A DNA stretch of 64,000 nucleotides from Eledone cirrhosa (Eukaryota). The translations under genes were made by a program, and so were the position numbers. The notes beneath the pieces were generated by a model. It was not told where the DNA came from. It was given only the letters and a program-made list of their open reading frames with translations, and ran no database searches. The stretch is taken from NCBI GenBank assembly GCA_964016885.1, contig OZ024740.1:105276001-105340000 (forward strand), given 5' to 3'. Numbering within the stretch: position 1 is the first letter of the stretch; every line of letters begins with the position of its first letter. Of the stretch, positions 11,637 to 23,705 are shown piece after piece.

Positions 11637-12675
11637 TGAGGGTCGACTGAAAAATTCCTTGGCTGACTATAAAGTGATGCTAGAGTTGTGAAATCTGGCA
11701 TGCATTAATTGTAACTCTTCTTTCCTGGAACTTCTTTGCCCACTTGTTCCTGAGAGGGTCGTGGGGGCAGAGTCCTCAAAGACTCCTTCCAGTAATTCCT
11801 GTCAGAAGCAACTGTCTCCAACTTATCCAGCTGGATCCCCAAGCAAGACCAGCCAAGCTCATGGATGTTATCCAACCATCTTGCTCGGGATCTACTTCAG
11901 GGTCTCCTGCCAATTGGTTTTGCCTGTAAAATCTGTCCATCGATTCTTTCCCGAGACATTCTAACCTCATAGTATCAGGGATGTGATCTCTCAATTTAGA
12001 GAAGTAGCAGCTCTACTTGGAGTGACTGATCTCTGAGCCATGCACTGTCAAGTAACGTTACTCCAAAGACCCTTCAGAGGAACATCATTTCGGCCACTTG
12101 TATTTGCAATCGGATTCTTTCAGTCATAACCTAAGATTCATGACCATAGGTAAGGGTTAGCATGATTTTCTGAATTAAAGATAGCAAGCTTGGCTCTTAT
12201 GCAGACCTCCTGATTACTAAATGCTGAAGCTGGCACATTACTGCACCTGCAATTCTTGAACTTAATTCAACCTCCTGCCATCCATCACTCGTTAACACAG
12301 CCCCGAGATACTTAAACCTCTACCTACTTCAGTGGAACTTCACATGTAGAGCGCACTGCACAGGCTTCCTTGAAAGGACGAGTGACTCATTTTTCGCATC
12401 ACTAATTTTCATTCCAGCCATGCAGCACTCGGCATCAAACTTATCAAGTGCAAGTTGGAGATCACCTTCTGTCGAATTAAGTAACACCATGTTGTCTGCA
12501 AATTCCAGCTGACTGGTTTTACACCCACCAGTCATGATACAACTTCCAGCCCTGCTGTGCAGGTGAATCCTGTTCATGTAAATAATTAACAGGAGACTAT
12601 ATTGAAAAATAAGCCTCATTTGGTCATTCCATGGGAGTATCTTGGTCAGCCGATGTACCTTTCAGCCAACCCTCA
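11637..12675. mobile_element. Second mariner-like MITE copy (opposite orientation) interrupted by a LINE fragment
   Basis: TA|TGAGGGTCGACTGAAAAATTCC ... GTACCTTTCAGCCAACCCTCA|TA. Internal sequence is the reverse complement of 11368-11565. Confidence 0.7.
11725..12605 (-). pseudogene. Degenerate 3' part of a second RTE-like LINE family (RT remnant)
   Basis: ORF 12329-12619 reads LLLIIYMN...QLEFADNMVLL...DLQLALDKF...GMKISDAK (LFADD region). Homologous to 35845-36365. Confidence 0.8.
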
Positions 12676-13319
12676 TATACCACAGAGTAATTACAATCCC
12701 TCGCTGTGAGTAGGTGATGTCATGTAAACATGATTTTTAGCATAGACACAAGACTGCACATTGAGAGGGATGAGTAGTCGAGTTTGAACCCAGTTCATGA
12801 AATACTTATTTTATCAACTCCAGAAGAATGAAAGGAGAAGTTCATCTTGGCAATATTCAAAATCAGAACATAAAGAGACATAACTAATCATTGCATAGAA
12901 TTTTACTTGAATTTTACTAGCAATTTTGCGAATCTAAAATTTAATGTTTTGTTAGCTTGTTAGCAATGTGCATTTTAACTTTTTCCATGGATATAACTTG
13001 TGGAAAAAGAGACCCAGATAGGTGAACCTACAAGTCAAACAAGTTCCTGTGACTGATGCAGCCAGTTTTGGGGGTGCCATTCTAGACACTTGACTGAGTG
13101 TCTATCATGGCATTCCAAGGGGTCTTAGAAATGCTTGGCAGTGTCCAGTTCCTCACTACATCTAGCCTAGCAGCAATTAAAATGTCCTGGAGTCAGAAGT
13201 GGGAGTCAAATAAGAACCAGATACATGTCAAGCACCAAAAATGCTGCTGCATGACATCAAGTTATTGTCTTACTCAAACATTCCAGTTTTCAGATAAGAT
13301 TTCTTTAAATCCTGGATAG

Positions 13320-13530
13320 CAGTATGTTTGTATGGCTGTATGTGTGTATGTAGTTTTGTATGTTTGTATGGCTGTGTGTGCATGTGTGTGTGTGTGAGTA
13401 GTTTTGTATGCTTGTATGTATGGCTGTGTGTATGTGTGTAGTTTTGTATGTATGGCTGTGTGTATGTGTGTGTAGTTTTGTATGTATGGCTGTGTGTATG
13501 TGTGTGTAGTTTTGTATGTATGTATGTGTA
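13320..13530. repeat. Minisatellite (TGTATGGCTGTGTGTATGTGTGTAGTTT-like units)
   Basis: Direct inspection; several ~30-bp units. Confidence 0.85.
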
Positions 13531-13813
13531 ATTAAGACAGGATGTTGAGGGACATTTGACTCATTTCCAGCAAGTTGACCATTCATGTTAGTATAACAAT
13601 ATTGAACCACAAGGCCATATAGATAATAAACTAACATGTAGACATGACATTTGTGTTTCAATTAACACAAATACAGAAGAGTTTTCTTCACTAACCTTTA
13701 ATAACAACAATCATAACTTATATGAAGTACTTATTCCATATTTACTATTTATACATAAACATCATTGCATAAGGGACTGATGTTATAGTGTCAAAGGGAA
13801 ATAATTCTTTCAA

Positions 13814-14391
13814 CCCTTTAGTATTTACAAGGGCAGTCATTTGGCAGTATTGGTAGTGTGTCAGACACCATGCTTTGCAGCATAGTTATAGCCCTCTGCA
13901 TTCTGAGTTCAAATCCGCCAAGGTTAACTTTGCCTTTCATCCTTACAAGGGTGATAAAATAAAGTACCAGTGGTGCACTGGGGTAATCGCTAGCCTTGTA
14001 TTAAAAGTAGAAACTGATGGAGGATTGGCAGTATCGGTAGTGGGTCGGACGCCATGCTTTGACATATAGAGTTACGGCCCTTGCCATTCTGAGTTCAAAT
14101 CCCGCCGAGGTTAACTTTGCCTTTCATCCTTATGGGGTCGATAAAATAAAGTACCAGTAATGTACTGGGTAATTGCTGGCCTTGTACCAAAAGTAGAAAC
14201 AATTATTCTATATTTACTATTGTATTTTCACAGTAAAGGCTTTACCTCACAATTATCTTACATATCGCATATATGAGAATTATATTATTTTGAGAATATT
14301 ACTTTAACATCAGTATGAGTGGCCACTTGCAGTCAGTTTGAACAGAAAATGAGAATTCTGGCCGGATACAGCTGGTTTAAATGCTAAAATG
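13814..14391. mobile_element. piggyBac-like MITE carrying two tandem SINEs
   Basis: TIRs CCCTTTAGTATTTA ... TAAATGCTAAAATG|TTAA. Body matches the uninterrupted copy at 52339-52553. Confidence 0.8.
13830..14203 (+). mobile_element. Two head-to-tail Nin-domain-type tRNA SINEs (about 13830-14013 and 14018-14203)
   Basis: TGGCAGTAT(C/T)GG A box, GAGTTCAAATCC B box, central GTTAACTTTGCCTTTCATCCTT..GGGGTCGATAAAATAAAGTACCAG, end AAAAGTAGAAAC. Confidence 0.88.
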
Positions 14392-14689
14392 TTAAGTAGA
14401 AACTAGAGTTATTTGAAGGCCACAACATTGAATAACACTACTTTCTACACTACATACAATACTTCAAGAAAACTACAACACCCTCCTCTTATAAGTATTT
14501 TTTCAAACAAATAAAGTACTAAAACAAAATGTATAATGAGTGATTTATTTCAGTCTTTATATTCTATGCAATTTGGATATCATGAAATTTGAAGTTTTAT
14601 AAACTATTCAAACAAACATCAACAACATGAAACTGAAACAGAGTCTATGAGATCATGAATTAATTAAAATATCGTTTTTGATGTTACAT

Positions 14690-16360
14690 CTCTTTACATC
14701 TACTTTCCACACTAGCAGGGTCTTTACATCTACTTTCCACACTAGCAGGGTTGGATGGGTTGTCATAGTCCAAGACCAGACAGATTGGTGTAACCTCATC
14801 TTGCTCATTACGTTCCATATTTGAAACAGTTTCTGTAGTTGGATGCTTTTCATAATGGCAATCACCTTACAAAGTGCACTGGGTGTATTTTTTGTAGCAA
14901 CAGCACCACCACTTCACAGAGTGGGCTAGGGGAATATTATTGTGGCACTAACACCAACACTTCACAGTGTATTGAGCGCATTTTATTGTGGCACCAGTAT
15001 TAGAGAAGCTGTCAAATGTTCAACCCAGCAGAGTCCTCTCAAACCACATACCATCTCCATTCAAATGCAAACACTAGCTACTGGTCTCTCACCATGTTTA
15101 CTGTTGGTATTGCAATGCTAGTACTGGTGGATGGGTCTATTGTATTACAGTATATTGCCAGTCAGCTCAGCTGTGTTTTCTTTGAGAGGTTCAGTTTTTT
15201 TAGGTCATTCTTCACAACTTTGTCCCATATTTTCCTTGATCTCTCCCTTCCACCAATTCTATCTACTTCCAGCATACAGCACTTCTATACAACTCTTGCT
15301 CTGCTAATGCAGCACATGCCCATACCAGGACAATTGCTGAGCATGCTATTCAATTGTTCACATAATCAACTTTCTTTCAGTTCACTGATGGTCTGTTCAC
15401 ATACTCTAACATTACATACCCAGCAAAGGATGCATTGTTTATTTCCTTTTAGCTGCTGTAAATCTTCTGCACTAAAGGGTCATATGCCACTGCTATACAG
15501 CATTACAGTTTGAACACCTGCATTGTGTGATCTACCCATCACTAGGAGAGAGAAGCCTTTTGTTGCCAGCAGAGATAACAGCTCTCTGAACTTCTGCCCT
15601 GTTCTCATTCTGGATATAACACTTTAGTACATTCACTTTCACTGATAATGAGATCACCTAGAGAGCAAAAGCTTTCTATCAATTCCAGTGAGCTTGCAAA
15701 CTACTCTTGCGCACCTGCCACATTCAAAGTTTTACGCTGGGTCCACCATAGTAATTTTTTTTACTCCTTTTTCTTCACATTAACTCTTTAGCATTTAAAC
15801 CGGCCGAATCCAGCCAGAATTCTTTGTTCAATCTGGCTGCAACCGGCTGCTCATACTTATGTTAAGGTATTTTTAAAATGAATAATATTAAAATCTCAGA
15901 TTCAATATTATATCAGAATTATGTGATGTAAAGCCTTTACCATGAAAATATGATAGTAAATATATAATAATGTAAATGCAAAATGGTTAAACATGACTAT
16001 TTTTCTGTTGGTAACAGGCTTAGCATTTTTCCTTACTAAAACTTTAGTCTTTGTTAAGTTTGCTTTAAAGGCCCTTTCAGTCCAAATTTTTCTTCCATGT
16101 TTAAAACGTCTTCACTAGATCTATTGTTTTGGCTATGATAGCAACACCATCAGTGTATAGGAGCTCTCAGACAACCAGTCTTCAATTCCTTTGTTAGAAC
16201 CTAGGACTAAAATAAGAGGGTGCTGAGGACTGAGCCATAGTTAACTCCCACCTGCACTTGTTGCTATTCTTACTTTGCTAGTTGTACCTCTATATGGTAT
16301 GTACAGTCCTCGAAAAACATTCCTTTATACCTAGCTTCCTAATCAACCACCAAAAGTTTG
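14690..16360 (-). pseudogene. Old, heavily degraded RTE LINE relic
   Basis: 3' tail (TTTACATCTACTTTCCACACTAGCAGGG, duplicated), repeated CACTTCACAG 3'UTR motifs, and patches matching copy 1 (AAGCCTTTTGTTGCCAGCAG; CATCAGTGTATAGGAGCTC; CCTAGCTTCCT..ACCACCA). Confidence 0.75.
15784..15986. mobile_element. piggyBac-like MITE inserted in the RTE relic
   Basis: TTAA|CTCTTTAGCATTTA ... TAAATGCAAAATGG|TTAA; reverse of 52339-52553. Confidence 0.8.
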
Positions 16361-16754
16361 TTAAATCCTCATTTTATATTCATTTCCCATTTTGGTGTGG
16401 TGTGGACAGATTAATGGACTGGCTGAAGAACCACATTCCATTGTTCCTATGGTTGGATGTCCTTCCAAATACCAACCACTTTACAGAGTCTACTGAGTGC
16501 ATTTTAAAACCAGCATGCTACTTATCCACTGAGCCATTGTAAACATTGTATGTAAAATGGAGGTGACTTATCTCCCGGTGTGAGTTATACATAAGTACAT
16601 ACAGTATATATTTCACTGATGTATATAGTCAAAAGATAGCAATCAGAAAACCAATGTTTAAAAATAAAGTAGTATATGTTCTGGTAGGCTGTTACTATCA
16701 ATGTTGAAAACACAATGGACCAGTAATTGGCTCTGTTTGATATCTATATGTATC

Positions 16755-16783
<29 letters not shown>

Positions 16784-16787
<4 letters not shown>

Positions 16788-17130
16788 AGGAAAAAAGATA
16801 AAATCGTAAATGAAACTGGAGTCTTTTTTTTTTTTAAATATATTTACTTGGTTCCTTTACCGGTTTCGCAGATCTTGTGCTTTTCAAAAGTAGAATTGAG
16901 ATGGAGGGTTTGTGGTCTTTCTCGCATCGAGAAAAACCACAAACCCTCCATCTCAATTCTACTTTTGAAAAGCACAAGATCTGCGAAACCGGTAAAGGAA
17001 CCAAGTAAATATATTTAAAAAAAAAAAAAAGACTCCAGTTTCATTTTCGATTTTATCTTTTTTCCTTATACTTTCACTCGTGTAGGACACCGTTTTTTTT
17101 TCATTTTGTAAAAAAAACCTCACTTTCTAA
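16784..17130 (+). mobile_element. Fold-back Penelope-like/retrozyme element A: ~140-bp inverted arms plus ~60-nt tail, in (TA)n
   Basis: 16784-16924 is the near-perfect reverse complement of 16928-17070 (3-nt loop CAT). Each arm holds a hammerhead-like motif. (TA)n on both sides. Confidence 0.75.
16957..17000 (+). ncRNA. Type I hammerhead ribozyme, U3-A8 core variant (mirror copy 16852-16895, minus)
   Basis: TTC-TA-CTT [TTGAAAA] GCA-caagatc-TGC [GAA] ACCGGT [A] AAG-GAA. Stem II 3 bp, palindromic stem III, weak bulged stem I. Confidence 0.55.
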
Positions 17131-17159
17131 TATAAATATATATATATATATATAATATA

Positions 17160-18315
17160 CTAGCAATGGTACTCGGCGTTGCACGGGATAAGGTATTTTG
17201 GAACGCGGACCGCCAATAGACCTAATCGTGGAAAAACTGCATGCCTGGACAATATGTAAAGAAAATAAACCGAATACTCTGATGGCTGGATAATCTTTAA
17301 GATTTTCCTCGATGAAGCAGGAAAAAAAAATGCAGGTTTTCACCTAATGCCAGCCCTATGGGATCAAGAAAATGAATTTTTTTTATGTGCATAATATGCC
17401 TTGAAATTTCGGGAAAATCGGCTAGACGTAACGCCTCCAAAAAGCCCTAAGAAGCTGAAAAAATGAAGTTTTTCACCTACTGCGGGTCTTAGGCCATAAG
17501 AAAGTTGGATTTTCTTTGCTTACGGTATGAAGAAGAGACCGATTAATACATAGTTACAATTTTAAAGAAATCGGTCTGACGTAACACCTCAAAAAACCCC
17601 TAAAAATGTTAAAAAACGCAGTTTTTCACCTAATGTGGGCCCTAGGAGATAAAAAAATAGTTGAATTTTTTATGTGCATAACACTCCTTGAAACATAAGT
17701 AATACACATGTAAAGTTTGAAAAACATCGGTTGGGTATTTCGATTTTTAGGGATTCACACACACACACAGAGGAAAGTGACGTAATGCAGACAGTCAGAC
17801 ATACAGACATAATATAAGGGCACGACGTTATATGTATGTATCTATCTAAAAAGAGAAAGACTAAGAATTATAGACCGAGATCGCTAAATCGCCTAATGCG
17901 CCTAGGGCATTGAACATTTGAAATTTATTTTTGTTCAGAACACTCCCTGAAACATAAGTATTACATGTGTAAAGTTTGAAAATAGTCGGTTTGGTGCTTC
18001 TCTACAATACTAAGCGGTAAAATAGTAACTTTTGTTCTCGTAAAGGCACGTAAGTAAACAGACTGAAGCTATTACAGCCAAACAGACATATTATAACGAC
18101 GCGACGTTATATGCATGTATCTATCTAAAAAGAGAGACTAAGAATTATATAGAGAGATCGCTAAATCGCCTAATGTGGTCCCTAGGGCATAGAAAATTTG
18201 AAATTTTTTTAGCTCAGAACACTCCCTGAAACATAAGTATTACATCTGTAAAGTTTGAAAACAGGGATTCGAACTCTCACACACAGACAGACATCCTCAA
18301 TTTTATATATATAGA
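17160..18315 (-). mobile_element. Non-autonomous Helitron unit A
   Basis: Minus strand 5' TCTATATATATAAAATTGAGGATGTCTGTCTG, 3' CCCGTGCAACGCCGAGTACCATTG-CTAG|T. Internal repeated blocks (ACACTCCCTGAAACATAAGTATTACAT.TGTAAAGTTTGAAAA). Confidence 0.82.
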
Positions 18316-18820
18316 CTAGCAGAAAACTACCCGGTGGGCGGTTTTCTGCTAGCAAATCTAGTGTATATACTGATATTGTTGAGATTTGGATGAGAAATAT
18401 TTTCGGCACCACATGTTCACCGTCTCTCGGTGTGTCTTTTATGCATGTATAAATATATATGTTATCTATACGGTGAAATCTTTGAAATAAATATATGTTA
18501 AAACGAAAAAGGAGAAAAAGAGATTAGTGACGGAAATATAAACGTTATGATACATAGACGTTATGATATAACGATGGAAATATATCTTCAAATGGTCCTT
18601 GGCATGGTGTCAAGTCAGAACCGCCTCGAACTGGTTAGTTCTGGCTTGTGCAAGGTGTCTCTATAGCAACCAGCGATTCCCTCGGCCTCAGTGACCAAAG
18701 TCAGTGGAGAGGCGAAGTTAATGTTTCTATAGCGACAGTGTTTCTCTTGGTATTACCAAAGTGGAGAAAGGAAGGGGAAGGTAATATTTCTGTAGCACCT
18801 ACATTTGAGTTTTAGGGAAG

Positions 18821-18882
<62 letters not shown>

Positions 18883-18900
18883 GAAATGCCCATATATTTC

Positions 18901-18935
<35 letters not shown>

Positions 18936-19200
18936 TACACACACAGAAATGTATATATAGTTCTGTGTGTATATATATTTCTGTGTGTGTATATATATAT
19001 ATATTACACACACAGAAATGTATATATATTTCTGTGTGTATATATATATATTACACACACAGAAATGTATATATATTTCTTAGAACAAAATTATTATTAA
19101 TGTTTTGCTGTTCATAACAATTGGAATTGAAAAATTACTTTTGAAATTATTAGTTATTTTACTAATGCTTAGATATGTAAAAATGAAGCAATGTTTCAAA

Positions 19201-19389
19201 TAATTGTTTCTACTTTTGGCACAAGGCCAGCAATTATTCAGTACATTACTGGTACTTTATTTTATCGACCCCGTGAGGATGAAAGGCAAAGTTAACCTCG
19301 GCGGTATTTGAACTCAGACCGTAAAGGGACATAACTCCATGCTATGAAGCATGGTGTCCGACTCTACAGATTCTGCCAATCCACCGCCC
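19201..19389 (-). mobile_element. Nin-domain-type SINE
   Basis: Reverse complement of the 14018-14203 family over its full length. Confidence 0.88.
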
Positions 19390-19666
19390 TGTCTGTACGT
19401 AATGAGGGAGTGAGAGGTGAGAGAAAGAAAGGCAGAGGTGAAGTGACGAAGTGACTCTCTCCTCCTCCTCCATCTCCCCATTCGTCACAGCGATAGAGGG
19501 GAGGAATGTTAGTGTGTTACAAAGAGTGAGAGTGAGAGAAACAGACAGACTAAAAGAGAGGGATAGCTGGAGAGAGAGAGAGAGAGAGAGATAGATACAG
19601 TACAGTAGCTAAGGGATGTATATATATATTTCTGTGTGTATATATATATATACATTTCTGTGTGTG

Positions 19667-19712
<46 letters not shown>

Positions 19713-19725
19713 TTCTGTGTGTGTG

Positions 19726-19766
<41 letters not shown>

Positions 19767-19792
19767 AATATATATACATTTCTGTGTGTGTA

Positions 19793-19830
<38 letters not shown>

Positions 19831-19885
19831 GGAAATATATATATATTTCTGTGTGCGTATATATATATATATATATATATATATT

Positions 19886-21573
19886 ACCACAGACGCTCTT
19901 TTCATTGTACAACAACTACAGGAGAAGTACCTAGCTAAAAGTAAACCCCTATACTTAGCCTTTGTCGACTTGGAGAAAGCCTTCGACAGAGTCCCCCGTT
20001 CCATTATCTGGTGGGCTCTTAGAAAACTAGGAGTTGACGAATGGCTTGTGAGAGCTATACTAGCCATGTATAAAGAAACAGTGAGCAAGGTTAGAATTAA
20101 CAACGAATATAGTGAAGAGTTTAGCGCAAAAGTTGGTGTCCATCAGGGCTCTGTTCTTAGCTGCCTACTATTTATTATTGCTCTTCAGGCTATAACAGAG
20201 GAGTTCAAGACCGGCTGCCCATGGGAACTCCTATACGCAGATGACCTAACGCTCATAGCTGAATCAATGGCCGAGCTAGAGAAGAAATTCCAAACATGGA
20301 AGCACGGCCTAGAATCAAAAGGCCTTAAAATTAACCTGGCTAAGACTAAAGTTCTAGTTTGTAGGAAAGAAAATAAGGCGCCGGTCTCTTCCGGGAAATG
20401 GCCATGCTCAGTGTGTAGGAAAGGCGTAGGTAGAAACTCCATTTTATGTCCCAAATGCAAAGTATGGGTGCATAAAAGATGTAGTGGGATCACAGGTAAG
20501 CTAACCAAGAACACAGATTTTACATGTGGCCGGTGCTCTGGTGCAATAAGTAGCAGCAAGTGCCCACAAAATACTAGCTCTTTCAACTGCACAGAGGGTT
20601 CTATAGAAATAGTGGACAGCTTCCGTTACCTGGGTGACAAAATCAGCAGTGGGGGAGGGTGCTCTGAAAGTACAGTAGCTAGAGTCAGAACTGGATGGAA
20701 AAAGTTCAGAGAGCTTATACCACTATTAGCCGCTAAAGGGTTCTCCCTAAAAATGAAAGGCAGGTTGTATGATGCCTGCATACGAACAGCAATGTTGCAT
20801 GGCAGTGAGACCTGGGCATTGTGTGCAGAGGATATACGCAGACTAGAGAGGAACGAAGCTTGCATGCTCCGCTGGATGTGTAATAGTAATATACGCGAAC
20901 GGCAAAGCATAAACGAACTAAGGAAAAAATTAGAAATAAGAGGGATCAGATGTTGTTTACTCGAGAGAAGGCTACGTTGGTATGGTCACGTGATGCACAT
21001 GAAAGACGACAGCTGTATAGCAAAGTGCAGGGCAATAAAGATAGACGGTAGCCACGGAGTAGGCAGACCCAGAAAAACCTGGGACGAGCTGATAAATTCC
21101 GACCTCACACACTTACACCTCTCCAAGACAATGTCACTGGACCGAGACCTTTGGCGGTACTCAGTAATAGAGAAGACCCGCCTTACCTAAATACAAAGTA
21201 AAACCTACTACAGTCAGTAGGCATCTCTAACAAAATACACCCCTGTCCCACGCCCCCCACCCCATCCACACCGCCCCTTTCAATGTAAAGTTATGTTGGT
21301 GCCACAAAATCCAGGCCGAAACAAATGAGATCGTGTAGGTGTTACGACAAAAAAACACAGTCCACGCTGTAATGTGACCGTGTAGGCAACACGGTAAAAA
21401 CCTCCCAGTCCCACACTGTAAATGTGGTTGGTGTTAGGAAGGGCATCCAGCTGTAGAAAACCCGCCAGACAGTCCTATGCGAGCAAGACAACCACTCTTG
21501 CCTCAAGTGGGAAAACTCCCCTCCAAACCCATGCAAGCGTGGAACATGGACGTTAAACGATGATGATGATGAT
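19886..21573 (+). mobile_element. RTE LINE copy 2, 5'-truncated inside RT; open frame to stop at 21190
   Basis: TTDALF...[11 protein letters not shown]...LLYADD...PHD finger (20405-20536)...RRLRWYGHV, then 3'UTR and (GAT)n tail. A subfamily distinct from copy 1. Confidence 0.96.
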
Positions 21574-21823
21574 TACACACACAGAAATGTATATATATTT
21601 CTGTGTGTATATATATATATTTCTGTGTGTGTATATATATATATACTACACACACACAGAAATGTATATATGTTTCTGTAGCACTCCTCAATTCTCCCCT
21701 TTCTCCCTCCCGCTATCGCCCTCTTGTAGTCTCTCTACGCATGCGCAAAAAGCATTCGCATGCGCGCACGTGTTTCCACTGTCGGACAGACAGAGAAATT
21801 GCTGGTTATATATTATAAGGAGA

Positions 21824-21903
21824 CTAGCAGAAAACTGCCCACCGGGTGGTTTTCTACTAGTATACATATATATATTACACACACAGAAATGTATATATAT
21901 TTC

Positions 21904-21936
<33 letters not shown>

Positions 21937-22321
21937 TACACACACAGAAATGTATATATATTTCTGTGTGTATATATATATATTTCTGTGTGTATGTATA
22001 TATATTACACACACACAGAAATGTATATATGTTTCTGTAGCACTCCTCAATTCCCCCCTTTCTCCCTCCCGCTATCCCCCTCTTTTAGTCTCTCTCTTTC
22101 TTTCACTCTCACTCTCTACGCATGCGCAAAAAACATTCGCACGCGCGCACGTGTTTTAGCGTCTATTCACTCTCTCCCCCTCCCGCTATCCCCCTCTCGT
22201 AGTCTATCTCTTTCACTCACTCTCTACACGTGCGCATTAAAACATTCGCACGCACGCACGTGTTTCCACTGTCGGACAGACAGACAGACAGAGAAATTGC
22301 TGGTTATATATTATAAGGAGA
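21824..22321 (-). mobile_element. Mini-Helitron unit C (same family as unit B)
   Basis: Minus strand A|TCTCCTTATAATATATAACC at 22321; terminal palindrome 21824-21860 ending CTAG, joined directly to the TC of unit B. Confidence 0.75.
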
Positions 22322-22414
22322 TATAAACACTACTGTGCCATTATATATATTTTCAACAACAATACCATGCAGCAGATGGAGCAACAATATAAAACCAATG
22401 AATGTATGGTCCCA

Positions 22415-22722
22415 TAACTCCTGAAGGAGTCATAGAGGTGCTGCACTGACACAAATTTCTAGGGCTTTTTTATCCTGGTAGAGCCCATCTCCTCTCCAGG
22501 TCTGAACACAGCAGATTTCTTCCAGAGAAGGATAGAGTGAAAAAAATGAAGTGAGAAAGAGATATAAAGGATGAGTCGACCCCAGTACTAGACTGGTACC
22601 TTTTTTATCAACCTCAAATGGATGAAAGGCAAAGTTGATCTCAGCAGGATTTGAACACAGAAAGAACTGAAACGAATACCACAAAGTATTCTGACATTTT
22701 AACGACTGCCAATTTGCCACCT
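22415..22722 (-). mobile_element. Nin-domain SINE with an alternative long 3' module
   Basis: SINE head and Nin domain at 22580-22722. Module 22415-22560 recurs at about 40000-40130 and 57815-57945 (the latter also next to a SINE head). Confidence 0.6.
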
Positions 22723-23273
22723 CCATAAAGTCAATACTATAAAATATAATAAACAAGCCATGTCAACTACACAATTCAGTAAGTGGTCATATATTTTACA
22801 GTTCATACTATAACTTTATTTTTTGCCATCACAAGATTACAGTCAATGAGAAATGTATATAGACATTCTCTCATCAGTTGATGAACCTTATCTAATGTAA
22901 GCAAGAACAAACTCAACTGGGAATTCAACCAAAGTAATCTAGCTAAGCAAATAAGGATTGAAATTAAAGAGCATGTGGCTACATGTATGTATGTGATTGC
23001 ATGTATGTTTATGTTCGCAGGCAACTATATGTGAGCATGCATATGTGCATGTGTATGTATGCAAGTATTACAGGTCCGTGTATATATGCATGATTGTGTA
23101 TATATATATATATTCATGCTTGTATGTACATATATATGCATGATTGTGTATATATATATATATTCATGCTTGTATGTACAAATGTACACCTGTATCTATG
23201 CAAGAAAATCTTCCTGTGTGAGCATATATATATATATAATATAAGATCAAAAGATGGTTAAAAGAGTTCCAAG

Positions 23274-23344
23274 TATTTTATTATGCGCATTTCAAAAACA
23301 AATATCATCATGGGATGTTATCTGCGTTCTCATCAGATAAAATA
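23274..23344 (-). ncRNA. Type I hammerhead ribozyme, family B copy 1
   Basis: TATTTTAT [CTGATGA] long stem II (GCAGATA/TATTTGT) [GAA] ATGCGCAT [A] ATAAAATA. Stem I 8 bp; canonical core. Confidence 0.85.
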
Positions 23345-23430
23345 GGGAGACATGATATGAAGCTTAAAAAACACTTGATTTAAAACTTCACTGCTCACAA
23401 GTGTTTTTTAAGCTTCATATCATGTCTCCC

Positions 23431-23494
23431 TATTTATCTGATGAGAACGCAGATATCCCATGATATTTGTTTTTGAAATGCGGATAATAAAATA
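23431..23494 (+). ncRNA. Type I hammerhead ribozyme, family B copy 2
   Basis: Same fold; CTGATGA 23438-23444, GAAA 23475-23478; stem III loop changed to GCGG. Confidence 0.75.
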
Positions 23495-23614
23495 CATGGA
23501 ACTCTTTTAACCATCTTTTGATCTTATATTATTTATACTCCAGTCCTACAAACTAGAGTGCTTCTTATCCGATATTTGCATTGCTTTATTGTGCTACAAT
23601 AAAACTCACCTCCT

Positions 23615-23659
<45 letters not shown>

Positions 23660-23705
23660 CATATATATATATATAAGATCAAAAGATGGTTAAAGGAGTT
23701 CCATG

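Larger units (their letters stand above)
18316..21823 (-). mobile_element. Non-autonomous Helitron unit B with palindromic minisatellite; hosts a SINE and an RTE
   Basis: Minus strand 5' TCTCCTTATAATATATAACC (21823). 3' 37-bp palindrome ending CTAG (18316-18352). ACACAGAAAT-GTATATAT-ATTTCTGTGT units. Confidence 0.75.

Noticed and set aside
18895-19880. CRISPR-like palindromic repeats with spacers
   Set aside because: Spacers are (TA)n/(GT)n rather than unique sequence; eukaryotic context and no cas genes.
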